DNA of 24,000 bases, taken from an uncultured bacterium. GTDB taxonomy: Bacteria > Patescibacteriota > Minisyncoccia > Minisyncoccales > Minisyncoccaceae. Location: positions 19,456-43,455 of the forward strand of contig CAWDHP010000003.1 of assembly GCA_963802195.1 (NCBI GenBank), given 5' to 3'. Position 1 is the stretch's first letter; every line of letters starts with the position of its first letter. The translations under genes were made by a program, and so were the position numbers. Shown here piece after piece: positions 1 through 7,317 of the stretch. The notes below the pieces were generated by a model. The model saw only the letters and a program-made list of their open reading frames with translations, was not told where the DNA came from and made no database searches.

Positions 1-165
1 CTATTCCTTCAAGAGTTTAGGGGTAAGACAGCTCAAGAATTAAGGGACCAAGTTAGTAGGTTTGTTTCGGACATCGCCCATGGAATATATATAGGTGCTG
101 AACTTTACCGAGCTGAAACTGCTCTAAAAAACAAAACTGAGTTTATCCAAGATTCTGAAGCTTAA
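1..165 (+). CDS. C-terminal fragment of an unidentified protein (gene begins upstream of the window)
   Basis: Frame 1 is open from base 1 to TAA at 163-165 (54 codons, ending ...LYRAETALKNKTEFIQDSEA). It is too short for the ORF track and has no recognisable motif. Confidence 0.3.
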   Translation, partial: LFLQEFRGKTAQELRDQVSRFVSDIAHGIYIGAELYRAETALKNKTEFIQDSEA

Positions 166-692
166 ATTTTACCTCCGGCAAATATCTTTTGTTTGTTTTT
201 AATTTCAAACCTGTTAGCAAAGTGTATTGCTAGCTGAGCAACAGAGAAGAAAATAAATGTGTAAGTTAAATCACCAAGGAAGGTGTTTTTTAAAAATGGA
301 AGCCCTTCTGCATAACACATCATTAATCCAGCAACAGTGTGTGGATACCAATCAGCAAATAACCAAACTGCTCCATTGGTTATTAAAAAGAAAGAAATTG
401 TTCCGACTAAACTCATTGGCAAAGCCCAGAACCATTTTTTGTTTTTAATAGCTATTCCTAGTAAAACAACTAAAGCAAAGGCAAGGTAAACGCTTAATAA
501 TAATTGCCATTGGTAAAAGCCAATAAACCAGTCGCTTAAAAGCATGATAGCCATTGGGACGACAAAGGCAATTCTTTTGTCTTTAAAGTAATATCCGCTG
601 AATAAAGCAATGGCTCCAACAGCAGTAAAATTCATGGGGTGAGGCATGAATCTAGTTAGAAAGCCGATAATAATTAATAGGTAGTAAATCAT
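162..692 (-). CDS. integral membrane protein, DUF6580-like
   Basis: 176-aa ORF, hydrophobic throughout. The N-terminal RFMPHPMNFTAVGAIALFSG resembles the PHPxNF-x-P/A-xGA motif I recall for DUF6580 membrane proteins (recalled, not searched). Its ATG overlaps the upstream HEPN stop (ATGA at 689-692). Confidence 0.6.
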   Translation of the reverse strand: MIYYLLIIIGFLTRFMPHPMNFTAVGAIALFSGYYFKDKRIAFVVPMAIMLLSDWFIGFYQWQLLLSVYLAFALVVLLGIAIKNKKWFWALPMSLVGTISFFLITNGAVWLFADWYPHTVAGLMMCYAEGLPFLKNTFLGDLTYTFIFFSVAQLAIHFANRFEIKNKQKIFAGGKI

Positions 693-1147
693 ATTAGTTT
701 TTTCTGAGGATTTTTATCTTGGATATAATTATGAATTATATTGACAAATTCTTTAGCATTCTTAATGGCTTGATTGGCTTCGGTTTTTGAAACTAACAAT
801 TCTGGTTCATCATAAGTAAAACGATTACGCTTTTTTCTCATTCTATCAAAATATTTAATTATTTCCAAGTGGCTATTTCCTAAAGCCTTTTCGCAGAAAG
901 CAACCACTGTTTTGTGCTGCTCCCCGTCAATGGGTCGGTATTTTAACGAAAACATAAGGGCACGACCAGACCTTAGCATTGCTAAGTAGGCATAGCTATA
1001 TGATACCTCAGTATCTATTTCTAAACTAACCTCTGCGACACGTAAATCTTTTTTTGCTCTTTCTAGATGTTTGACTACTTGGTCAAAACCAATCTCTTCT
1101 TCTTTAATTAATCCTTTTTGTTTATATGATTCTATAAAATCTTTCAT
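689..1147 (-). CDS. HEPN-domain protein, partner of the adjacent nucleotidyltransferase
   Basis: 152-aa helical ORF, translationally coupled to the MNT gene (ATGA overlap at 1144-1147). Size and position are typical of HEPN partners. The expected Rx4-6H site reads RNRFTY (Tyr where His is expected). Confidence 0.6.
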   Translation of the reverse strand: MKDFIESYKQKGLIKEEEIGFDQVVKHLERAKKDLRVAEVSLEIDTEVSYSYAYLAMLRSGRALMFSLKYRPIDGEQHKTVVAFCEKALGNSHLEIIKYFDRMRKKRNRFTYDEPELLVSKTEANQAIKNAKEFVNIIHNYIQDKNPQKKLI

Positions 1148-1686
1148 ACTAATTCTATGATTTTATTGTTCAAAACGTTTTTGACGAAAGAATTAGACTT
1201 TTCTTTTTCTTTAAATTCTTCTTCTGTCATTAGAGTGTAATTTATCTCGCGACTTAATTTATCTTCTAGTTTAGAAATAGAATCTATTAGATTGTTTTCA
1301 TTAATTGTTCCAATGACGAATAAATCAACATCGCTGGTGGGGCGTTCCTTCCCTTGTGCATACGAACCATAGATAAAGGCCCTTTTGATGCCCTTTATCT
1401 TTTCAACTGCACTCCTCAAGCTCCCTTCAATGCCAGTAGTTTTAAAGAAGATGCTTTGTATCTCTTTATATAAAGGATGTTTTTTATTTAGTCTAAAGAA
1501 TCTTCTATTGCCATTATATGAACTTTCTAGGAGTTCCTTTTCATTTAAACTATAAATGTCACGTTGAAAAACTCCAGGCTTTTTATCCAATTTTTTAGCT
1601 AGCTCGCTTAAGTAATATTCTTTTTCTGGGTTATTAAAGAATATTTCTAGTATTAAGTTTTGGTTTTTATTGAAATTTAAATTCAT
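1144..1686 (-). CDS. minimal nucleotidyltransferase (MNT) with N-terminal winged-helix-like domain
   Basis: GSYAQGKERPTSDVDLFVIG matches the GSxxxG...DxD signature of pol-beta-superfamily minimal nucleotidyltransferases. It forms an operon with the HEPN gene. Confidence 0.75.
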   Translation of the reverse strand: MNLNFNKNQNLILEIFFNNPEKEYYLSELAKKLDKKPGVFQRDIYSLNEKELLESSYNGNRRFFRLNKKHPLYKEIQSIFFKTTGIEGSLRSAVEKIKGIKRAFIYGSYAQGKERPTSDVDLFVIGTINENNLIDSISKLEDKLSREINYTLMTEEEFKEKEKSNSFVKNVLNNKIIELV

Positions 1687-1727
1687 ATGCTATTTGCATA
1701 TAATCATATGCAATTTGCATAAGATTG

Positions 1728-2105
1728 TCAACCCTTTCTTTTCCTTGATTCAGCTTCCCTTACTTCTTTTTCATCCATGCCAAAGTGATGAGCAATTTCG
1801 TGCCAAACAGTTTCTTTGACTATCTTTTTTATCTCCCCTTCTGTTTGAGCTGATTGCTCAATAGGATTCTTAAATATTGTTATCTTGTCAGGCAAGACAT
1901 CAGCATAGCCCCACCTTTTTGTTTTAGGAATTCCTTCATACAAGCCAAAAAGAACATAGTTTTTCCTAATCTTTAATTTCTTTAATTGTTCAGGAGTAGG
2001 ATTATCTTCAATCACAATTCCAACATTATCTAACTTGTCTAAGAATTTTTGTGGAATATCTTTAATTCCTTCATTGACTAATTGTTCAAACTTTTCTATT
2101 TCCAT
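1728..2105 (-). CDS. small zincin-like metallopeptidase family protein
   Basis: 125 aa with HEIAHHFG (HExxH zinc-binding motif) near the C-terminus. Confidence 0.65.
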   Translation of the reverse strand: MEIEKFEQLVNEGIKDIPQKFLDKLDNVGIVIEDNPTPEQLKKLKIRKNYVLFGLYEGIPKTKRWGYADVLPDKITIFKNPIEQSAQTEGEIKKIVKETVWHEIAHHFGMDEKEVREAESRKRKG

Positions 2106-2149
2106 ATTATCATTGTATCAAAAAATCGCTGGAATAGCGATTTGTTGTA

Positions 2150-2686
2150 TTAGTGATAAACACAGAAGTTAAATATAATTGGACTTACAATTAAATAGAT
2201 TTGCCAGATAAAAAAGACAGTGAAAGCGATAAAGAAGATAATATTAAATAGTTTTTCTTTTGATTGGTGTTCTTTTCTAATTTCTACGTAACGTTCTCGC
2301 AGTTCTTTGTATAAAGAAAGTCCGAAATTAAAAGCTATATACAAAAGACCAAGAGCTAACAAGTTTTTTAATGCGATATCGCCAGTAATAGTACGATTAG
2401 AGACACTGCAGTATGCTTGGGATAAAAAGATTAATAAAGAAAGCTCGGCTGCAACAAAGAAAAGTGATTTCAATACTGCAAGGCCAGCTCTTAACATAAT
2501 AAATAAAAGTATGATTCCTAGTATTGTTATGCCAATAATCCATACTGTCTCGCCAAAATTATTTCCTAAAAAGAAATAACATCCGATTAAGAATATAATA
2601 ACGACTACAAAAATAATAAGAGAAAGAATATTCTTTTTTGTGGGAGTCATCTTTTCGTTTATCTTTTTGAGTTGTTCTTTTATCAT
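2150..2686 (-). CDS. multi-pass membrane protein, unknown function
   Basis: 178-aa ORF with several long hydrophobic segments. No recognisable motif. Confidence 0.5.
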   Translation of the reverse strand: MIKEQLKKINEKMTPTKKNILSLIIFVVVIIFLIGCYFFLGNNFGETVWIIGITILGIILLFIMLRAGLAVLKSLFFVAAELSLLIFLSQAYCSVSNRTITGDIALKNLLALGLLYIAFNFGLSLYKELRERYVEIRKEHQSKEKLFNIIFFIAFTVFFIWQIYLIVSPIIFNFCVYH

Positions 2687-2703
2687 TATTTTTTAATTAT
2701 TAA

Positions 2704-3186
2704 TTATGGTTCCCAATATTCCCCGCTTCTTAATATTTTTCCTACTCCTATCTTACCATCAAATACAATAATTTCCACTCTTGCCTCTCGAAGCATCGCA
2801 AAAGCAAAGTCTATATCCTCTTGCCAGTGTCCATTCCTATCTAAAGCTTGTTTGTGGATCACTAGCTTTTTAATGCCAGCTTGAATTATAGCTTGAGCAC
2901 AATCACTACATGTTGCCCAGGGACAAACCATAGTGAGTCCTTCTGTTTTTATTCCTAATCTAGCGGCAGAGTAAATAACATTCCTTTCGGCATGAACGCT
3001 GTATTTGTATCTTATGGCTTTATCGTTTTGCCTTTCTTCTGTTTCAGCTATCCCGTTAGGAAAATTATTAGTCTCTGAAAGAATAATATTTTGATTATCG
3101 TCAATTAAAATAGCCGCATTCTGCGTTGATATATTAGTGCTTTTTTGAGCTTTTTCGTATGCTATTTTAAGGAGTTGTTGCCACAT
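2704..3186 (-). CDS. CMP/dCMP deaminase (deoxycytidylate deaminase-like)
   Basis: HAERNVIY (H-A-E) and CPWATCSDCAQAI (PCxxC) zinc-ligand motifs of the cytidine/deoxycytidylate deaminase fold. Confidence 0.8.
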   Translation of the reverse strand: MWQQLLKIAYEKAQKSTNISTQNAAILIDDNQNIILSETNNFPNGIAETEERQNDKAIRYKYSVHAERNVIYSAARLGIKTEGLTMVCPWATCSDCAQAIIQAGIKKLVIHKQALDRNGHWQEDIDFAFAMLREARVEIIVFDGKIGVGKILRSGEYWEP

Positions 3187-3380
3187 GCTGTGATGGTCAG
3201 TCTGGAACCCCTAACCTTCAATCAGTGTAAGAGTTATTTGACTATTTAATATTGATTAATTTGAAGGGTCTCAGTCGGGATAAAATGAGACAAATGAGAC
3301 AGTATAAAAGGATATGTACCCTGTCTCGTGGACACTGTCTCGTTTTTTATAACTTACCATAATTTTTATCTTTGTGAAAG

Positions 3381-3418
3381 AATTGTAAGTAAAAAAAGAA
3401 GGAGATTTTTGATATCGA
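3381..3418 (-). terminator. intrinsic terminator after the radical SAM gene
   Basis: On the minus strand, AGGAGAT (3418-3412) pairs with ATCTCCT (3396-3390) and is followed by a TTCTTTTTTT tract. The same ATCTCCTTCTTTTTT tail recurs at 8769-8784. Confidence 0.6.
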
Positions 3419-3454
3419 AGTATCTCCTATGATTAACTTCGGAAGCTTAAAGCT

Positions 3455-4702
3455 TCAACCCTTAACTGTTTCCCACCCTTTTGGCAATGGCCAGAAAAGA
3501 TGGTTTTTCGCGTAAAATTTGAGATCGGCTAACGTGGGCGCGATGCGGTGGTTATTGAATAAGACCGATGTCTCAAATTCACAACCAACAGTTATTGCGA
3601 CATCTTCAGTCGCGACCTCATTTGGAGGTAACTCGACGAGGTACCCTTCCTCGGTCACGCGAATAGACAAAGGATGGTATCCCAACCATGTGAGGTATTT
3701 TTCAATCTCATCTGGATTAACTTTCCTCCACTGGCCGAGTTCTCCTGAGCGGGATAGGTTGTTGCGATTATATGCAATCGGCATACTGAACTCATCCCGA
3801 TACAATGTACCTGTATGCCGATGAACCCTAACATCGTACATGATTGAGGCACAGAGGACCGCCTTTTCAGCTTTTTCAGACAGCCAGTTTTTCATTTTGT
3901 AATACTGGTGTCCGCCCGGACTTGATTCTTCGTTTTGGTTGCCGTCGAGGAATCCTGTCTCGCGAAGCTTGTCGTTTTCGGGAGTAATGCCGAGATTTCC
4001 GATACTGCAACCACGATAGGTCAGAAATCTGATTCCCATCATTGCCAAATCGAAAATCGTTTCGACGCCCTTCATAACGTTATTATCGTTAAGTGGTCCA
4101 AGCATGACGGAAATCCGTCTTGGGGAAATTCCGGCATCGAGAAGCATCTGAAGACCCTCCAGTTGCTGTGGCGACTTAATCGGACTTCCCCTGAACTCTG
4201 GGCTGTCAGGCGTGATTGTAGTGCTAAACACTACACGAGGGTCATCCCCCCACGCTTCAAGCTGTTTTTGCCCGAATGGGGCACGGTGCAGAACGAAGAC
4301 TGGACTTTTGTGCGGAAATATCCGTAAAAATTCCGTAATTTCATTTACCTGCATGCTTCCGTCAGACCGAGCAGCCAGCATGATAATATCTCGGCCAGCC
4401 TTGAATAATTTGGACTGTTCAAGGAATCGTACCGCCTGTCTTGGCGTTGCAATCTTGCGGAGGCCTTTTCTGCCCTTCCCGATAGTATCAACAGAATTGT
4501 TGATCCATCGGTAATAACAGAAGTCGCACCCGATGGTGCATCCCATGATAAGGTCTCCATCCCAAGTGTACCGCCGTTTATAAAACGGAGCGGGGCAGAC
4601 TTGGCATTCTCCTTTCCATTCTGGCGGGGTGCCACCTAATAAAAGGTGTTCTCCGTTGACTATATCTGCCGCCCTTGCGGCTGAGAAATCTTCAAAAGAC
4701 AT
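3455..4702 (-). CDS. radical SAM enzyme, SplB/COG1533-like (spore-photoproduct-lyase-like family)
   Basis: MGCTIGCDFCYYRW contains CxxxCxxC in the GCxxGCxxCYxR context typical of SplB-like radical SAM proteins. AGGAGG lies 6 nt upstream of the ATG. The start abuts the upstream stop (TAAATG). Confidence 0.75.
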   Translation of the reverse strand: MSFEDFSAARAADIVNGEHLLLGGTPPEWKGECQVCPAPFYKRRYTWDGDLIMGCTIGCDFCYYRWINNSVDTIGKGRKGLRKIATPRQAVRFLEQSKLFKAGRDIIMLAARSDGSMQVNEITEFLRIFPHKSPVFVLHRAPFGQKQLEAWGDDPRVVFSTTITPDSPEFRGSPIKSPQQLEGLQMLLDAGISPRRISVMLGPLNDNNVMKGVETIFDLAMMGIRFLTYRGCSIGNLGITPENDKLRETGFLDGNQNEESSPGGHQYYKMKNWLSEKAEKAVLCASIMYDVRVHRHTGTLYRDEFSMPIAYNRNNLSRSGELGQWRKVNPDEIEKYLTWLGYHPLSIRVTEEGYLVELPPNEVATEDVAITVGCEFETSVLFNNHRIAPTLADLKFYAKNHLFWPLPKGWETVKG

Positions 4703-6457
4703 TTATACCTCCTGTCCCAAAATTGGGGCAATTTCTTTTTTCAATTTACGACCAAGACTAATGGTCTTCTTTGGAGTGATTCCGAACGTACGCATATAGG
4801 TCAAGCGACTAAGGCGTTCATCGGAATTATCCTTGCGGCCGTCTTTGCCGTAAAGAGCAGAAAGTCCATCATCAAGCATTTGGGCTGCGACACCATCCTG
4901 GTACGCAGCTTTGCAAATACTTTCAGAGCATCCTAATGCTTCAGCAATCATCAGCCGGAAAGAAGCCTCCTTCATCACTACCTTGCCCCAGAGTTCTGTC
5001 TGAGTCAGCTCGGTACTGAATTTAGGATTTTCTATTTCTACTTCAAGTCGAGCTGCGAGAATTACTTCACGAACGCGCTCCTCGAAAGTGGTTATACCGA
5101 GTTCGACGGCGATATTTCTTGCTCTTCCAAGGTCGTATGCCGCCTGCTCAATAGTTTGCCATACTCCGTTGATTACCCAGAACGCTGGCGCATAGTCACG
5201 GACTTCGTCCTCATCAATGAGGTCGTCCATGATTTTGAATGCCTTGCGCAGGTGTTCAACAAGCTGGCAGATTTCCTCAACATCCTTTTCGTTCCGTTTT
5301 CCAAGAACAGAGAGTTTTCTCACTTTCTTGGCGTAACTTCCGGAAGTCGGGACATCTATCCATGGCCGCGGGTTTTCAAGACTCTTTTGGTAGAAAGAGT
5401 CGATTGCCCCGACTTTTTCTAACCAATCCATTCTATTAACCTCCACTTTTGTAGCTCCGCGATTCTTTGCCACTTGCACTGCAGCTTGCTGCACAAGCTT
5501 CTTCGTGGCCTCGACTGATTTAGAGGCGAATATCCACGATAATACTTCGTGCATTCCGGAAATTAACCTGTCAGGAAGATTGATGTGGCAAGTATTACCT
5601 TCGTATTTTACCGAACACCCTGTGGTCTTGACGGTAAAGTCAGCAAAGCTCACCACATCAAGGGCGCCGATTTTGCGTAAGAGCTCCAGACGTTCCGAAT
5701 CAACAGAATCGTCAAAGTCCCCGCGCCTCTCAGCTTCCCTCTGTCGTTCATCTTCATCTCTCCTAACAGAGATAACGATTACTGGCCGTTGTAAAGCATA
5801 GCTCGCGTATATGATTTGTTCGCGAGACTTGATGCCATCAACAACCATGAACGGCGAATCGTCATTTACCGAAGAAACAAACCTGCGGGCGACAACAATT
5901 TTGTCTTTCGCCTCAACCTCTTCGGTGAAGCACTGGACATTGGTCCAATTCATTTCGCCATAACGGGATTCTATCTCCTGCTTTACATAGTCTCCCCATT
6001 TGTAGACGGAGAATCCGTCCATCTGGGAAAAAATGTTCCGCAGAAGTGTCTTCCCTGATGCGGGCAGTCCGACCAGTGCAATCATGTACTTATCAATGTG
6101 ATAAGTATCTTGCTCTGATACACTTTCTTTCGGCACAATCCCCTCTTTCTTCAAGAGGTAATTTTGATGTCGATACGCCAGCAATGTTTTTTCGTTGCCG
6201 ACATACTTTACCGGCCCCTTAATACCTAAACTCCTTAACGATTTCTCGACATGGAGCTGGGTTAAGGCCGTGGTCAAATTCCGGTCAAAGACAAGAATCT
6301 CTCCGTACTTCTTTTTTTGTGGAAAGTTCCACCAGGTTACTTCCCTCTGATCCATGCGAGAGAAGTCTGCAATTGCAACCTCCCATTCGGGAGAAAGAAT
6401 ATTGCAATTCAATAACTCCACGCCTGACTTGGCGATTAAAACCGCAAGGGTTTTCAT
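4703..6457 (-). CDS. fusion protein: unknown N-domain, P-loop nucleotide kinase (adenylate/dephospho-CoA-kinase-like) and a divergent polyprenyl-synthase-like C-domain
   Basis: Walker A in IALVGLPASGKT. The block VVDGIKSREQ...RRDEDERQREAERRGDFDD resembles small archaeal-type nucleotide kinases. The C-terminal MDDLIDEDEVRDYAPAFW (DDxxDxxxxR...P) and GVAAQMLDDGLSALYGKDGRKDNSDE resemble the two Asp-rich motifs of trans-prenyl synthases, with the second degenerate. I prefer the ATG at 6457 (GAGG 7 nt upstream) over the TTG at 6499 used by the ORF track. Confidence 0.6.
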   Translation of the reverse strand: MKTLAVLIAKSGVELLNCNILSPEWEVAIADFSRMDQREVTWWNFPQKKKYGEILVFDRNLTTALTQLHVEKSLRSLGIKGPVKYVGNEKTLLAYRHQNYLLKKEGIVPKESVSEQDTYHIDKYMIALVGLPASGKTLLRNIFSQMDGFSVYKWGDYVKQEIESRYGEMNWTNVQCFTEEVEAKDKIVVARRFVSSVNDDSPFMVVDGIKSREQIIYASYALQRPVIVISVRRDEDERQREAERRGDFDDSVDSERLELLRKIGALDVVSFADFTVKTTGCSVKYEGNTCHINLPDRLISGMHEVLSWIFASKSVEATKKLVQQAAVQVAKNRGATKVEVNRMDWLEKVGAIDSFYQKSLENPRPWIDVPTSGSYAKKVRKLSVLGKRNEKDVEEICQLVEHLRKAFKIMDDLIDEDEVRDYAPAFWVINGVWQTIEQAAYDLGRARNIAVELGITTFEERVREVILAARLEVEIENPKFSTELTQTELWGKVVMKEASFRLMIAEALGCSESICKAAYQDGVAAQMLDDGLSALYGKDGRKDNSDERLSRLTYMRTFGITPKKTISLGRKLKKEIAPILGQEV

Positions 6458-7148
6458 TCTAAACCTCGTAATCGTAAGTTGCCATGTTTCAGGCAACAAA
6501 CTAAAGATGTAAATCTCCAGATTGTTACCTGAAACTCTACCTATTTAATTTTCAAACAGCATCCTCCTGCTTCTCTCGGCTCCAATCTCTCCATTGGAAG
6601 CCGAGAGTATAGCAAGGAGGTTTCTGGAAACGAAGCGGGTTAAACTTCCTTTCCAGCCAATCTCCCTACTAGAAGACGGCAAACGATATTAGCCAGTTGA
6701 TAATCTTTTCATTTATACTCTCTCCAGTATGATGACGATTACCTAACATTCTTGCTAAAAGCTAATATCGGACAGGCAGTAATTGGTGTTTTACTGCTTT
6801 AGGACCTTAAGTCTATCACCATAATAGACTTTCGTTCCTTTGATTTTTAACAAAGAGCTATTCTTCTCGAAATTCTTCCGAGAAGATTTTTAAAGATTTT
6901 ATCTTTAACATATCTTTCCGCAAAAAAACGGCTGAGAAATCTCTTCAAAGGACAGACTCAAGATAGAATCCTTCCTTAAAAGAGATCTCCCAGCCGTTCG
7001 AATAAACAACTAGTATCTATTACTCCATTCGGAATGCAGACAGACCTCAGCCTGATTCCTTATCCCTTTCGGGAAAGAAGTAACGGGTCCATTATTTAAC
7101 CTCGCGGACGAGCGAAGAACTAACATCTAATTTAATGAACTCACTTAC
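6458..7148 (-). ncRNA. large structured leader RNA, copy A (paralogue of 10445-11180)
   Basis: About 690 nt between the promoter at 7155-7183 and the kinase-fusion ATG, with no conserved ORF. Hairpins are dense, including a long hairpin at 6929-6996 followed by U7. The core 6614-6846 aligns with 10575-10785 and shows compensatory stem changes. The 5' end is inferred from the promoter only. Confidence 0.5.
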
Positions 7149-7154
7149 ACGATA

Positions 7155-7183
7155 ACTATATACTACTATCTGCTTCTTGTCAA
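7155..7183 (-). promoter_or_regulatory. sigma70-type promoter driving leader A and the kinase-radical SAM operon
   Basis: Minus strand reads TTGACA (7183-7178), a 17-nt spacer, then TATAGT (7160-7155). Confidence 0.65.
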
Positions 7184-7190
7184 CCCCCAA

Positions 7191-7199
7191 TTATCCACA
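7191..7199 (+). promoter_or_regulatory. perfect DnaA-box 9-mer TTATCCACA, 7 nt upstream of the -35 element
   Basis: Exact match to the consensus TTATCCACA. The same 9-mer occurs at the same spacing at 11223-11231 and 11338-11346. Confidence 0.45.
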
Positions 7200-7200
7200 T

Positions 7201-7253
7201 CCTGCTTTCGTCCTTTTGGACTCATCAGCTCGGACACACATCCGAGGAGCAAG
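7201..7253 (-). ncRNA. type III hammerhead ribozyme (HHR-1)
   Basis: Minus strand reads CUUGC-UC/CUCGGA-UGUGUG-UCCGAG-CUGAUGA-GUCC-AAAA-GGAC-GAAA-GCAGG. The full CUGAUGA...GAAA core is present. Stems I and II are closed and stem III is open (CUUGC/GCAGG). Predicted cleavage is after C7247. Confidence 0.85.
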
Positions 7254-7317
7254 TGTAATTTATTTTTTTAAAAAATTACTAAAAAATTAACCCTACTATA
7301 CTGCCCAAGTAATTGGC

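Noticed and set aside
257-2884. Plus-strand ORFs 257-448, 2307-2579 and 2672-2884, opposite host membrane and deaminase genes.
   Set aside because: They are antisense to better-supported genes and have no motifs. These are typical AT-rich shadow ORFs.
3269-3276. The 8-nt direct repeat TCTCAGTC (3269-3276 and 12809-12816), considered as att sites of the island.
   Set aside because: An 8-mer match between two flanks of 100-250 nt is not unlikely by chance. Serine recombinases need only a 2-bp crossover core, so no long repeat is expected. The ends remain undefined.
3519-6058. Plus-strand ORFs of 65-130 aa inside the radical SAM and kinase-fusion genes (for example 3519-3824, 3935-4327, 4212-4514, 5156-5422, 5505-5801, 5816-6058), and the minus-strand out-of-frame ORFs 3655-3852 and 4345-4635.
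   Set aside because: These are shadow ORFs, antisense or out of frame relative to long, motif-bearing genes in GC-richer DNA. They have low-complexity Ser/Arg/Pro-rich translations, no SD sites and no motifs.
6929-6945. A CUGAGA-containing segment in leader A, considered as a TPP riboswitch, and the leader as a whole considered as a SAM riboswitch because a radical SAM gene lies downstream.
   Set aside because: The CUGAGA is on the plus strand, opposite to transcription. I could find none of the other conserved TPP or SAM-I/II/IV core segments on the minus strand.
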